Shown: one piece after another, positions 48,120 to 58,611 of the stretch
Layout: every line of letters starts with the position of its first letter
Position numbering within the stretch: the first letter of the stretch is position 1
Notes under the pieces: model-generated
Database searches by the model: none
What the model saw: the letters and a program-made list of their open reading frames with translations, nothing else
What the model was told of the DNA's origin: nothing
Position numbers and translations under genes: made by a program
Assembly: GCA_016235455.1 (NCBI GenBank)
Contig: JACRKZ010000130.1
Location: forward strand, 16,242-80,241
Length of the DNA: 64,000 nucleotides
Direction of reading: 5' to 3'
DNA from: Armatimonadota bacterium
GTDB lineage: Bacteria; Armatimonadota; UBA10988

Positions 48120-49631
48120 ATGCCGCGTTGGGTGCGACGTTGCCACGTTCTAGCCGCTGCCATCGCAGCTCCGTTGCTGCTCTCGGCGTGCCGCGTCAAG
48201 CCGTTGCCCAAGACCGACGGGCCCGTGCCACCGCTACCCAGCGCCATGGCCACCGCGTCCACCGCGTCCACCGCGCCCGCGCCGCCGCCGGCCGCTGCCG
48301 CGCCGTCGACGGCGACCACCGAGGTCATCCCCGCGCCCGACTCCACGACCTGGCAGGCCGAAGTGGCCGCGCGCGTCGACCAGGTGCGGAACTGGCTGCA
48401 GCGCACGCAGCGCGGCGGCGTGTTGCTGGCCGACGCGCGCAACGTGGCCTGGCTCACGCTGGGCGGCAGCATGGACGCTGGCCCTGGCCGGCCGGCGGGC
48501 TGTCTGGCCGTGTTGCCCGACCGCGTGCTGGTCGTGGCGCCCAACGATGTGGTCGATGCGCTGCGCGCGCCGTTCCGCGCGCTCGACTGGAATGGCCGGA
48601 CCTACCGCTGGGACCTGGGCAGCGATGCCGCGGCGCCCGCGCGCGCCGTGCGACCGCTGCTCGGCACGCGCCCGCTGGCCTCCGACATCCAGCGCGCCGG
48701 CACCGACTACTGCGCCGACGAACTGGCTGAGTTGCGCCGACGCCTCAGCGGTGGCGACGCGAAGCGGCTGGCCTGGCTGACCCGGACCGGCGCCCAGACC
48801 GTGGCCACCACCTTGGCCGCGGCCGGCGCCGAGCAGACCGAGCGCAAGGTCGCCGCCAGCCTGACCAGCGCCCTGGCCGACAAAGGCCTGAACGTCGACT
48901 GGCTGCGCGTCACCGCGCTCGACCGACTGGACCGCGACGGCCTGGCCGCCGCCGGCGACGACCCGGTGCGCGGTGGAGCGGCCGTGCAGATCGTGGTTTC
49001 GCGCTGGGGCCTGCGCAGCGTCATCGGCCGCACCTTCGTGCCCGGCACCGCCGGCGATGTGAGTGACTACGTCACGGCCGGCCGCCTGTACGGCGAACTG
49101 CTGGGCCGGGCGACGGTCGGTACGCCGCTGGCGGGCCTCTACCGCGCGGCCGAGAAGGCCGCCAGCGATCGCGGCGTGGCGGACGCCTTTGCCCGCAGCG
49201 CGCCGGGCGGGCTGGGGGCTTACGACCCGGCCGCACTGCCCATCGGCCCCGACTCGGTGGCCACGATCGGCGCCGGTGACGTGCTGGTGCTGGCCATTCG
49301 CCTGCCGCGCGCCTATCTGGCCGAGACGTTCTGGTTCGACGAGGCCGCCCAGCGGGCCTCCGCCGGTGCCGCCGTGCCGACCTTGATTGGCGCCGAGCAG
49401 GCCGTCACCGAGGCCCAGGCTCAGGCCAACGCCGCCGAATCGCGCCTGCGCGGCGCCGACTGGCTGGGCAAGGTGCTCACCGGTGCGGTGAACGACGCGC
49501 GCGCCAACGGTCCGCGGCGCGAAGCTGCCAAGCCCGCGCCCGCGGCCAGCGAGGCGACCACCACCGGCTCAATCGCCCCGCCGCCGCCGGCCGCTCCGGC
49601 GCCGGCCAAGGCCGGTGCCGCGCCTCAGTAG
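48120..49631 (+). CDS. Lipoprotein with M24/creatinase-like fold, probably non-catalytic
   Basis: Lipobox LLLSAC; GGVLLADARNVAWLTLGG creatinase-N pattern; TERKVAA, SRWGL..IGRT remnants of the M24 core. Confidence 0.6.
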   Translation: MPRWVRRCHVLAAAIAAPLLLSACRVKPLPKTDGPVPPLPSAMATASTASTAPAPPPAAAAPSTATTEVIPAPDSTTWQAEVAARVDQVRNWLQRTQRGGVLLADARNVAWLTLGGSMDAGPGRPAGCLAVLPDRVLVVAPNDVVDALRAPFRALDWNGRTYRWDLGSDAAAPARAVRPLLGTRPLASDIQRAGTDYCADELAELRRRLSGGDAKRLAWLTRTGAQTVATTLAAAGAEQTERKVAASLTSALADKGLNVDWLRVTALDRLDRDGLAAAGDDPVRGGAAVQIVVSRWGLRSVIGRTFVPGTAGDVSDYVTAGRLYGELLGRATVGTPLAGLYRAAEKAASDRGVADAFARSAPGGLGAYDPAALPIGPDSVATIGAGDVLVLAIRLPRAYLAETFWFDEAAQRASAGAAVPTLIGAEQAVTEAQAQANAAESRLRGADWLGKVLTGAVNDARANGPRREAAKPAPAASEATTTGSIAPPPPAAPAPAKAGAAPQ

Positions 49632-49734
49632 CGCCGAGTCTGCTCACGACCACCGGTCAGCCGGTGCTGGGTACGAGGTACCCCCGGCGCTGACGGTCCG
49701 ACGTGCGGGCGTTGCCAAGCCCGTGCCCCAAATG

Positions 49735-49769
49735 CGCAACGCTCCCGGCACGGGGCCGGGAGCGTTGCG
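49735..49769. terminator. GC hairpin between convergent genes
   Basis: CGCAACGCTCCCGGC-acggg-GCCGGGAGCGTTGCG. Confidence 0.6.
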
Positions 49770-49795
49770 TCGAGACGCCGGGTCGAAGCCCAGGC

Positions 49796-50494
49796 TCAGA
49801 AGTTCTGCTGGCCCGTCGTGAGCCAGGTCATCAGGTCGGCGGTGGGCGCCGGGTTGTTGGTGATGTTCCACATGTTGATCGGCGTCACGGTGTTGCCCGG
49901 CTTGATGGCCTTGACATGGCCGTCGCAGAACAGCCAGTTGGGCATGCCGTTGTGGCCCCAGAGCCGCATGTCGGCGTTGTTGTTCCAGTAGTCCGGGTCG
50001 TAGCGCGAGTAGGCCTCGCCGACCAGAATGACCTGGGCCGGCGAGATGACCGAGGCCAACGCCACAGCGGCCACATCGTCGATCATCGGGCCCTGGCCGC
50101 CGTAGGACGAGCCGGTGCCGTCATCGCCACCATGGCTGCAGGCGTACGACAGGCGCAGACGGCTGCCGGACGGCACGGTCCCGGCGTAGTTCATCTCGAT
50201 CCCGTTGCCTGGGTTCGAGGGGCAGGCGAACACCTGGATGCTCTTCAGGTACGGCTGAATACCATATCCCCAGTGCGTCGTGTTGCCATTGAGCCGCGAC
50301 GATGGGAAGCGTTCGTCGTAGTCCTGGTTGTACTGCATGATCGCCACGCCGATCTGCTTCAGATTGCTCTGGCAGGACGACATGCGCGCCTTTTCCCGGG
50401 CCTTGGCGAACACCGGGAACAGGATGGCGGCCAGGATCGCGATGATGGCGATAACCACCAGCAACTCGATCAGGGTGAATCCGCGTTTCTTCAC
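49796..50494 (-). CDS. Prepilin-type N-terminal cleavage/methylation, DUF1559 / H-X9-DG protein
   Basis: [45 protein letters not shown]; [24 protein letters not shown]. Confidence 0.95.
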   Translation of the reverse strand: MKKRGFTLIELLVVIAIIAILAAILFPVFAKAREKARMSSCQSNLKQIGVAIMQYNQDYDERFPSSRLNGNTTHWGYGIQPYLKSIQVFACPSNPGNGIEMNYAGTVPSGSRLRLSYACSHGGDDGTGSSYGGQGPMIDDVAAVALASVISPAQVILVGEAYSRYDPDYWNNNADMRLWGHNGMPNWLFCDGHVKAIKPGNTVTPINMWNITNNPAPTADLMTWLTTGQQNF

Positions 50495-50699
50495 AGCTTA
50501 CTCCTCGGGTGGCCCGTCATGGGTAAACCAAGACGCCCCCAGTGCTTACGTATATCACGTCAGGTTGAACCGCGCAATGCTGATGTGACGCGATTCATGG
50601 CGCGGGCGAGCCGCCCTTGGCGACGGCGTGGTCGTGGGGCCGGTTGTGCCGTGAGGCGACGACCAGCCGCGGCCACACCCGACGGTCTGCCGCCGATCG

Positions 50700-52514
50700 C
50701 TAGTCAGCCAGGACCAGCGTCACTGCCCACACGTCCACGAGGCCGGGCCCCGGCTTCTCCACGCCGCGTAGCGTCAGCTTGCGGCGCCCCGGCGCAAGGT
50801 GCAGGCGGCCCAGCGACAGCGGTCGGAAGTCCTTGACGTAGGATTCCTCGCGTGGCACGCGGTCGTGCGCGGCGCCGATCAGCGGTGGGTCGTGGGCCTC
50901 GGTCACCCGCGCCCGGGTGCTGGCCGCGCCGCAGGTCAGTTCCAGCTCGGCACCGATGTTCTCCGCGCGGCAGGTGTAGGAGACGATGGCCTCGTACTCG
51001 CCGTCGGTGGCCGCCTCGACATCCCAGGTGATGGTATCGGCCAGACTGGTCCAGTCGGTGTAGAAGCTGTCGTTGGGGTGCTTGGAGCTGCGCGCGATGG
51101 CGCCGTCGGCCACGCCGTCGCGCGCTGGTAGCCAGGTGCGCGGGAAGGCGCGGTAGCCGACCGAAAACGGCCGGTCGTCGCGCGTGTCGGCCAGCAGTTC
51201 GGCGCGCCAGGCGTCGAGCGCCGCGCGCAGTTCGGCGGCCACGGCGGGCTGTTCGGCGGCCACGTTGCGTTTCTGGCCCGGGTCGGCCTGCATGTCGTGC
51301 AGCCGTCCCTGGTCGTCCATGCGCCAGCGCTGGGTGCGCACGCTCACGCGGTTGCCCGTGCGGCTGAAGATGCGGCGGTCCGGCCAGTCGGCCTGGTCGG
51401 CGCGCAGCAGCGGCCCCAGGTCGCGCCCGTCGAGCGGCTTGTCACCCACGCGCGGCACGCCGGCCAGTCCGGTCAAGGTGGGCAGCAGGTCGATGGCGCC
51501 GGCGATGGGCGTCAGGCGCTGTCCGCCGGGCAGGTGGCCCGGCCAGCGCAGCAGGCAGGGCACGCGCACGCCGCCCTCGTCGACGGCTCCCTTGCGGCCC
51601 TTCATGCCACCGTTCCAGCGCCACGAGTTGGGGCCGTTATCGCCAAAGAACACGACGATGGTGTCCTCGGCCAGCCCCAGCGCGTCCAGGCGCGCCAGCA
51701 TCCGGCCGACGTTCTCGTCGATGTTCTCGACCATGGCCAGCGCGCAACGCGTGGTGTCCAGGTCTTCGTGCTCCGGCCCGGCGTAGCGCAGGGCGATGGG
51801 ATCGTCGCGGAAGCGATCCCAGTGCCGGTCAGGCACCTGGAACGGCGAGTGCGGCGTGTTGAAGGCCAGGTAGCAGAAGAACGGCGCGGCCCGATGGCGG
51901 TCGACGAAATCGAGTGCGTGTTCGGTCAGGTCGTCGGTCAGGTAGCCGCGGCTGCGCTGCCATTCGCCATCGCGTTCGGCAATGTGGTCGTGATAGTGGC
52001 CCCAATGGCCCGAGCAGTAGCCGTAGAACTCGTCGAACCCGCGACCGCGCGGATGGTAGGGGTACTGGCTGCCGTTGTGCCACTTGCCGAACAGTCCGGT
52101 GGCGTATCCCGCGGCGGCGAACGACTGGGCGATGGTTGTCTCGTCCAGATTGAGCCGCTCGGTGCCGGTGGTGACGCCATGCACGCCACCACGCGGATGG
52201 TAGCGGCCGGTGAGGAACTCGGCGCGCGTCGGCGCGCACAGCGGGCAGGCGAGGAAGCGCTCGAACAGCGCGCCGTCGCGCGCCAGCGAGTCGATGTGCG
52301 GGGTGGCCAGGTTGGTGTTGCCGTGGATGCTCAGGTCGCCCCAGCCCTGATCGTCGGTGAGCATGACCAGCACGTTCGGCCGGCGTGGCACCGGAATCGG
52401 CTGGGCCGAAGTCTGTTCTCCTGGTGAACGCTGTTCGGCACCGCGGCTAGACTGTGACATGGTCAGGACTCCGGTCGAAGCGAGCAGTGTGCGGCGAGTT
52501 ATGGGTGCGCTCAC
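50700..52514 (-). CDS. Arylsulfatase (Cys-type formylglycine sulfatase), Tat-like leader
   Basis: RPNVLVMLTDDQGWGD, CAPTRAEFLTG, GKWHNG, GDNGP, EGGVRVP; N-terminal TRRTLL. Confidence 0.94.
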   Translation of the reverse strand: MSAPITRRTLLASTGVLTMSQSSRGAEQRSPGEQTSAQPIPVPRRPNVLVMLTDDQGWGDLSIHGNTNLATPHIDSLARDGALFERFLACPLCAPTRAEFLTGRYHPRGGVHGVTTGTERLNLDETTIAQSFAAAGYATGLFGKWHNGSQYPYHPRGRGFDEFYGYCSGHWGHYHDHIAERDGEWQRSRGYLTDDLTEHALDFVDRHRAAPFFCYLAFNTPHSPFQVPDRHWDRFRDDPIALRYAGPEHEDLDTTRCALAMVENIDENVGRMLARLDALGLAEDTIVVFFGDNGPNSWRWNGGMKGRKGAVDEGGVRVPCLLRWPGHLPGGQRLTPIAGAIDLLPTLTGLAGVPRVGDKPLDGRDLGPLLRADQADWPDRRIFSRTGNRVSVRTQRWRMDDQGRLHDMQADPGQKRNVAAEQPAVAAELRAALDAWRAELLADTRDDRPFSVGYRAFPRTWLPARDGVADGAIARSSKHPNDSFYTDWTSLADTITWDVEAATDGEYEAIVSYTCRAENIGAELELTCGAASTRARVTEAHDPPLIGAAHDRVPREESYVKDFRPLSLGRLHLAPGRRKLTLRGVEKPGPGLVDVWAVTLVLAD

Positions 52515-52630
52515 AGGGGCGGCTCCGCGTCGTGTGGTTGGCCTCAGACGAGACGAATCCTGCCGCGCGGGCCAGAGAGGTTGACGCTATGTGGCGCGGC
52601 CGTGTCACACTGGGAGCGGAGGGTCGAGTA

Positions 52631-53047
52631 ATGAGAGTACTAAGGATGGCCGTGACCGTCGGGTTGGTCGTGGTCCTGGCGGGCTGCGGTGCCGGCGACG
52701 CCAACTCGAGCAGCATCATCGACCGGTTGCCGACGCTCATCCTGGGCGAGTGGCTGCGCGATCAGGAGTCGAGCGACAGCGGCCAGACCTGGGTTGACCG
52801 CAACGATGACCTGCGCACCACCTACTTCGCCGATGGCACCTGGGCCGACAGCCGCGGCCGCACGGGCACCTACGTGCTGTACCGCGACAAGATGACCGTC
52901 ATCTGGCCGGGGCACGAGGTGCGCTTCCTGCAGATCCGCGTGATCGCCCAGGGCCGGCGGTTCGAGTATGTCTACTACACCACCGATCAGTACACCGCCG
53001 AGACGGAGTACCGAGCCCGGCTGACCAAGCTGACTGCCCGGAAGTGA
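52631..53047 (+). CDS. Small lipoprotein (lipocalin-like)
   Basis: Lipobox VLAGC; ILGEW, YFADGTW...GTY. Confidence 0.75.
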   Translation: MRVLRMAVTVGLVVVLAGCGAGDANSSSIIDRLPTLILGEWLRDQESSDSGQTWVDRNDDLRTTYFADGTWADSRGRTGTYVLYRDKMTVIWPGHEVRFLQIRVIAQGRRFEYVYYTTDQYTAETEYRARLTKLTARK

Positions 53048-53069
53048 TCGGCCGGCGGCGCATACCTGC

Positions 53070-53109
53070 CATACGGCCCCAGCCGGCGTGCGCTGGCTGG
53101 GGCCGTATG
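53070..53109. terminator. Hairpin between convergent genes
   Basis: CATACGGCCCCAGCC...GGCTGGGGCCGTATG. Confidence 0.6.
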
Positions 53110-53128
53110 CTGCCTTGTGCCTGGGCTG

Positions 53129-54112
53129 CTACTGAGCCAGGATGGCCTCGATGCGCGTCAGTTCATCGTCGCCCAGCGGCGCGCCGTCGAGGGCCTTCAC
53201 GTTCTCCTCGATCTGGCTGACGCGGCTGGCGCCGATGAGCGCGCTGGTGACGCGTTCGTCGCGCAGCACCCAGGCCAGCGCCAGCTGCGCCAGGCTGCGG
53301 CCGCCGGCGCTGGCGACAGCGTGCAGGTCGCTCAGCTTGGCGCGCAAGTCGTCGGTGATCGAGCTGGCCTGCAGGAAGCCCGACGGCTTGGCCGCGCGGC
53401 TATCGGCGGGGATGTCCTGCAGGTAGCGGCTGGTCAGCAGGCCCTGGGCCAACGGGCAGAAGGCGATGAGGCCGATGCCCAGCTCGCCGGTGGCGTCGAT
53501 CAAGTCGGGCTCGATCCAGCGGTTGAGCATGGAGTAGCTGGGCTGGTGGATGAGGCATGGCGTGCCCAACTGGGCCAGGATGGTCGAGGCGCGCCTGGTC
53601 TGCTCGGCGCTGTAGCTGCTGATGCCCGCATAGAGCGCCTTGCCCGAGCGCACGGCGTGGTCCAGTGCGCCCATGGTCTCTTCCAGCGGCGTGCCCGGGT
53701 CGGGCCGATGGCTGTAGAAGATGTCCACGTACTCCACGCCGAGCCGCTGCAGTGACTGGTCCAGGCTGGCCAACAGGTACTTGCGGCTGCCACAGTCGCC
53801 ATACGGCCCGGGCCACATGCGGTAGCCGGCCTTGCTGGAGAGGACCAGCTCGTCGCGGTGGGCGCCGAAATCCTCGCGCAGGATACGCCCGACGTTGATC
53901 TCGGCCGTGCCGGCCGGCGGGCCGTAGTTGTTGGCCAGGTCGAAGTGGGTGATGCCCAGCTCGAACGAGCGGCGCAACATGCGCCGGGCTTCCATCTGGT
54001 CAGCCTCGTCGCCGAAGTTGTGCCAACAACCCAAGCTGAGCGCCGGCAGGAGGAGCCCGCTGCGTCCGCAACGGCGATAGGTCATGGTGTCATACCCAGG
54101 AGTGATGGCCAT
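53129..54112 (-). CDS. Aldo/keto reductase, L-glyceraldehyde 3-phosphate reductase (YghZ/MgrA) type
   Basis: YRRCGRSGLLLPALSLG, HFDLANNYGPP, SSKAGYRMWPGPYG, IFYSHRPD. Confidence 0.93.
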   Translation of the reverse strand: MAITPGYDTMTYRRCGRSGLLLPALSLGCWHNFGDEADQMEARRMLRRSFELGITHFDLANNYGPPAGTAEINVGRILREDFGAHRDELVLSSKAGYRMWPGPYGDCGSRKYLLASLDQSLQRLGVEYVDIFYSHRPDPGTPLEETMGALDHAVRSGKALYAGISSYSAEQTRRASTILAQLGTPCLIHQPSYSMLNRWIEPDLIDATGELGIGLIAFCPLAQGLLTSRYLQDIPADSRAAKPSGFLQASSITDDLRAKLSDLHAVASAGGRSLAQLALAWVLRDERVTSALIGASRVSQIEENVKALDGAPLGDDELTRIEAILAQ

Positions 54113-54217
54113 TGAACGAGTCCCTTCGATGCACATAGAGTGGTTGCCCGCGGCACTGCCGTCAATGGCTCCGCTGATCCTGCCCCATAATGAGCGCCGA
54201 CGGAGGCCGTACGACCG

Positions 54218-55150
54218 ATGCTACAACTGGGCGCGCACCGCGCTACCACCGGCGGACTGCACCAGGCCCTGATCAGTGCCGACGCGATCGGCGCGCAGGT
54301 GGTGCAGATCTTCACCAGTTCACCCATGCAGTGGCAGGCGCGGCCGCTTGACGACCAGGCCCTGACGCTGTGGCACGAGGCCCGCGCCGCCGGCGCGGTG
54401 CAGGCGGTCGTGGCGCACGACTCCTACCTGGTCAACCTGGCCAGCGTCGACGACGAGGTCTTCGCCAAGTCGCGCGCGGCCTACATCGAGGAGCTGCGCC
54501 GCTGTCAGGCGCTCGACATCCCCTACCTGGTGGCCCATCCCGGCGCGCACATGGGCCTGGGCGAGGAGGCCGGCCTGGCCCGCTTCGCCGAGACGCTGCG
54601 CGGCATCTACCTGGACCATCCCGAGCTGACCGTGGCCACCGCGCTGGAGACCACCGCCGGCCAGGGCACCTGCCTGGGCCACACCTTTGCCCAGCTGGCC
54701 CAGCTCATCGCCGCGGTCGACCTGCCCCAACGGGTGGGCGTCTGCCTGGACACCTGCCATGTGTTCGCCGCGGGCTACGATGTGCGCAGCCTCGACGGCG
54801 TGGTGGCCATGCTCGATGAGTTCGACGCCGAGATCGGGCTCGACTGGCTGCGCGTGATCCACCTCAACGACTCGAAGAACGCGCTGGGCAGCCGCGTGGA
54901 CCGCCATGAGCGGATCGGGCGGGGTACCATCGGCGATGAGGGCTTCGCCGCGCTGCTGGGCGACTCGCGCGTGGCCCATGTGCCCATGCTGGTCGAAACG
55001 CCCGGTCTGGAGCATCATGGTGAAGAACTGGCGCACTTGAGGCGGCTGGCCAAGGGAGTGGAGCATGGGCGGATGCGGTCTGGATCGTGTGATGGAGCGC
55101 GTGGTGACGTTGCGGCGCGACTTCCATCAGCATCCCGAGCTCGGCTGTGA
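54218..55150 (+). CDS. nfo: Endonuclease IV
   Basis: LGAH, QIF, AHDSYLVNL, HPG, LETTAGQG, CLDTCH, HLNDSK, DRHE, VETP. Confidence 0.95.
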   Translation: MLQLGAHRATTGGLHQALISADAIGAQVVQIFTSSPMQWQARPLDDQALTLWHEARAAGAVQAVVAHDSYLVNLASVDDEVFAKSRAAYIEELRRCQALDIPYLVAHPGAHMGLGEEAGLARFAETLRGIYLDHPELTVATALETTAGQGTCLGHTFAQLAQLIAAVDLPQRVGVCLDTCHVFAAGYDVRSLDGVVAMLDEFDAEIGLDWLRVIHLNDSKNALGSRVDRHERIGRGTIGDEGFAALLGDSRVAHVPMLVETPGLEHHGEELAHLRRLAKGVEHGRMRSGSCDGARGDVAARLPSASRARL

Positions 55151-56237
55151 GGAACACCGTACCGCCGGCATCGTTGCGCGCCGGCTGACCGAACTCGGCC
55201 TGACGCCTCGCACGGGCGTCGGCGGCACGGGCGTCACGGCGGTCATCGAGGGCCAGGCCGGCCCCGGCCCGACGCTGCTGCTGCGGGCCGACATGGACGC
55301 GCTGGCCGTCACCGAAGAGGCCGACGTGCCCTTCGCCTCGGTCTACCCCGGCAAGATGCACGCCTGCGGGCACGACGGCCACACGGCGATCCTGCTGGGC
55401 GTCGCCGAGTGCCTGTGCGCCCACACGGCGCGCCTGCGCGGCCGCGTCAAGCTGGCCTTCCAGCCCAACGAGGAAGGGGTGCAGGGCGCCCTGGCCATGA
55501 TCGCCGATGGCCTGCTCGATGATCCGCCGGTCGACATGGCGCTGGGTTTGCACTTGTGGGCGGGCACGCCGGTGGGCGAGATCGCCTTGGCGGCGGGTCC
55601 GATCATGGCCTGTGCCGACCGCCTCGAGATCGTTGTGCGCGGTCGCGGCGGACACGCCTCGGCGCCGTGGGAGACCATCGACCCAGTGGTCGCCGCCGCC
55701 CACATCATCACCGCGCTGCAGACGGTGGTCAGCCGCAACGTGCGCGCCGACCGCAAGGCCGTGGTGACCATCACGCAGGTGGCCGCCGGCGACACGCACA
55801 ACGTCATCGCTGAACGCGCCACGCTGATCGGCACGATCCGCAGCTTCGAGCCCGAGACCACCCGGCAAGTGCGCGACCGCGTACGGGCCGTGGCCACGGG
55901 CGTCGCCGCCGCGCTGGGCGCCGAGGCCGAGGTGACCATCACCGAAGGGCCGCCGCCGGTGGTCAACGATGCCGATCTGACCAGCCGCGTGCGCGCTGCC
56001 TGCCTGACGGTGGCTGGCGCCGACCAGGTCATCGCGTTCGAGCCGGTGACCGGCGGCGAGGACTTCGCCTGCATCGCACAGCAGGTACCGAGTTGCTTCT
56101 TCTTCGTCGGCGCGCGCAACGAAGGCGAAGCCTGCGACCAACCGCACCACCACCCGCGCTTCAAGATCGATGAGGGCTCGCTGACCGTCGGGCTGCGCGC
56201 CATGCTGGCCAGCGTCGATCATCTGCTGGGCGCCTGA
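55065..56237 (+). CDS. M20D amidohydrolase
   Basis: RRDFHQHPEL, RADMDAL, MHACGHDGH, FQPNEE, GEDF, HHHPRF. Confidence 0.94.
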   Translation: MGGCGLDRVMERVVTLRRDFHQHPELGCEEHRTAGIVARRLTELGLTPRTGVGGTGVTAVIEGQAGPGPTLLLRADMDALAVTEEADVPFASVYPGKMHACGHDGHTAILLGVAECLCAHTARLRGRVKLAFQPNEEGVQGALAMIADGLLDDPPVDMALGLHLWAGTPVGEIALAAGPIMACADRLEIVVRGRGGHASAPWETIDPVVAAAHIITALQTVVSRNVRADRKAVVTITQVAAGDTHNVIAERATLIGTIRSFEPETTRQVRDRVRAVATGVAAALGAEAEVTITEGPPPVVNDADLTSRVRAACLTVAGADQVIAFEPVTGGEDFACIAQQVPSCFFFVGARNEGEACDQPHHHPRFKIDEGSLTVGLRAMLASVDHLLGA

Positions 56238-56293
56238 CCGGCAGGATGATCCGCGGTGGCAGCGAAGAGGGGCAGCGCTCAGGGAGCTGCCTC

Positions 56294-58600
56294 GTGTCTC
56301 ATCGCCTGTGGTACCGCCAGCCGGTCAAGGATTGGCCTGATGCGCTGCCCGTCGGCAACGGCCGGCTGGGCGCCATGGTCTTCGGCCGCGTGGACGAGGA
56401 GCGCATCGCGCTCAACGAGTCCACGCTGTGGTCGGGCGGGCCGTACTCCACCACCGTCCGCGGCGCTCGCCAGGCGCTGCCGGAGATCCAGCGGCTGGTC
56501 TTCGCCGGCGACTACACGCGCGCGCACAAGCTCTTTGGTCGCCACCTGCTCGGCCGGCCGGTGGAGCAGATGAAGTACCAGTCGCTCGGCGACCTGGTGC
56601 TGGCCTTCGGGCCTGGCGGCGAGCCCGAAGACTACCGGCTGGAACTCGACCTCGACCAGGCGGTGGCCCGCGTGAGCTACCGCCGTGACGGCGTGAGCCA
56701 TCAGCGCGAGGTGTTCGTCAGCGCCGTCGACCAGGCCATCGTTGTGCGCCTGACCGCCGACCAGCCTGGCGCCATCAGCTTCACCGCGCAGTTGCGCGGC
56801 TGCCGCAACAGTGCGCACTCCAACTACGCCACCGACTATTTCGCCATGGACGGTGCCCCGCCCGACGGGTTGGTGCTGCGCGGCAAGTCGGCCGACTACA
56901 TGGGTGTGCGCGGACGCATCCGCTACGAGGCTCGCCTGCGCGCGACAGCCGAGGGTGGCAGCATCCATGTCGACGACGACACGCTCACCGTGACCGGTGC
57001 CGATGCCGTGACGCTGCTGGTGGTGGCGGCCACCAACTTCGTGAACTACCACGACGTGAGCGGCGACGAGCGAGCGCGTAACGACGCCACGCTGGCGGCG
57101 CTGGCCGGCCGCGACCTCGAGACGATGCGCGCGGCGCATACGCGCGACCACCAGGCGCTGTACCGGCGCCTGAGCCTCGACCTGGGCCCGGCGCCCGACG
57201 CGCCCACGGACGAGCGGCGGCTGGCCGACGACGTGCTCAGTGACGGCGATCTGGCGGCGACGCTGGTCCACTACGGGCGGTACCTGCTGATCGCCTCGTC
57301 GCGGCCCGGCGGGCAACCGGCCAACCTGCAAGGGCTGTGGAACGCCTCGGCCAATCCGGCCTGGGACTCCAAGTACACCACCAACATCAACCTGCAGATG
57401 AACTACTGGCCGGCGGAGCCGGGCAACCTGAGCGAGTGCGCCGAGCCGCTGTTCAGCCTGCTCCGCGATTGCACCGACCAGGGCCGCGACGTGGCGCGTG
57501 AGCACTACGGCGCGCGCGGCTGGGTGTTGCACCAGAACACCGACCTGTACCGCGTCTGCGCGCCGATGGACGGCACGCATTGGGGCACTTTCACGCCCGG
57601 CGGCGCGTGGCTCTGTCAGCACCTGCTGGAGCACTTCCGCTACACTGGCGACCGCGAGCACCTGGCCCAGGTCTATCCCATCCTGCGCGGCGCCGCGCTG
57701 TTCTACCTGGACTTCCTGGTGGAGCATCCCGACCACGGCTGGCTGGTGACCAACCCCTCCAGTTCGCCCGAGAACGTGCCCGACCGGCCCGGCCGCGAAC
57801 GCTTCTTCGATGAGGTGACCACTCACATGGCCGACGGCAGCATGATCTGCGCCGGCTCGACCATCGACATCGAGATCGTCGGCGACCTGCTGGACGGCGT
57901 GGCCGGCGCCGCCCAGACGCTCGGCCGCGATGCCGCCTTCGCGCGCAAGCTGCGCGCCGCGCGCCGCCGCCTGCCGCCCTTGCAGGTCGGCGCCGATGGC
58001 GCGCTGCAGGAGTGGCTGGAGGATTGGGGTCAGACCGAGCATCCGCATCGGCACATCTCGCCCCTCTATGCGGTCTATCCCGGCGCCGCCATCACACCCG
58101 ACGCCACGCCCGAGCTGGCGACTGCCGCGGCGGCGGTGCTGGAGCAGCGCGGGCTGCTCGGCAACGGCTGGTCGTCGGCCTGGAAGCTGGGCTGCTGGGC
58201 AAGGTTGGGCCGCGCGGAGCAGGCGGTCGAGCATCTGGCCTACTACTTGAAGCACTACACCACCGCCAGTCTGTTTGCCATCTGTTCGGGTCAGATGCAG
58301 GTGGACGGCAGCTTCGGCGTGTGCGCGGCCTTGATGGAACTGCTGCTGCAGTCCCACTCGGGCGAACTGCACCTGCTGCCGGCGCTGCCCGCCGAGTGGC
58401 CGGACGGCGCGGCCACCGGCCTGCGCGCGCGTGGCGGGTTCGAGGTGGATCTGGTCTGGCAGGATGGCGAACTGACCAGCGCCACGATCCGAAGTGTCGG
58501 CGGAGGGCCGGCGGTGGTGCGCTATGGCGACCAGCGCGCGCGCATCCACCTTGAGCCAGGCGAGGCAGCGTGCTTCGATGGGGCGCTAGACGCGTCCTAG
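56294..58600 (+). CDS. Alpha-L-fucosidase (GH95)
   Basis: ALPVGNGRLGAMVFG, NESTLWSG, YGRYLLIASSR, NLQGLWN, YTTNINLQMNYW, HRHISPL, QVDG. Confidence 0.94.
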   Translation: MSHRLWYRQPVKDWPDALPVGNGRLGAMVFGRVDEERIALNESTLWSGGPYSTTVRGARQALPEIQRLVFAGDYTRAHKLFGRHLLGRPVEQMKYQSLGDLVLAFGPGGEPEDYRLELDLDQAVARVSYRRDGVSHQREVFVSAVDQAIVVRLTADQPGAISFTAQLRGCRNSAHSNYATDYFAMDGAPPDGLVLRGKSADYMGVRGRIRYEARLRATAEGGSIHVDDDTLTVTGADAVTLLVVAATNFVNYHDVSGDERARNDATLAALAGRDLETMRAAHTRDHQALYRRLSLDLGPAPDAPTDERRLADDVLSDGDLAATLVHYGRYLLIASSRPGGQPANLQGLWNASANPAWDSKYTTNINLQMNYWPAEPGNLSECAEPLFSLLRDCTDQGRDVAREHYGARGWVLHQNTDLYRVCAPMDGTHWGTFTPGGAWLCQHLLEHFRYTGDREHLAQVYPILRGAALFYLDFLVEHPDHGWLVTNPSSSPENVPDRPGRERFFDEVTTHMADGSMICAGSTIDIEIVGDLLDGVAGAAQTLGRDAAFARKLRAARRRLPPLQVGADGALQEWLEDWGQTEHPHRHISPLYAVYPGAAITPDATPELATAAAAVLEQRGLLGNGWSSAWKLGCWARLGRAEQAVEHLAYYLKHYTTASLFAICSGQMQVDGSFGVCAALMELLLQSHSGELHLLPALPAEWPDGAATGLRARGGFEVDLVWQDGELTSATIRSVGGGPAVVRYGDQRARIHLEPGEAACFDGALDAS

Positions 58601-58611
58601 GGTTTGTAATT

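Noticed and set aside
55065-55150. 86-nt overlap of nfo with the amidohydrolase gene
   Set aside because: Looks like a simple run-on C-terminal tail after stop loss, or a slightly later amidohydrolase start; both domains are complete.
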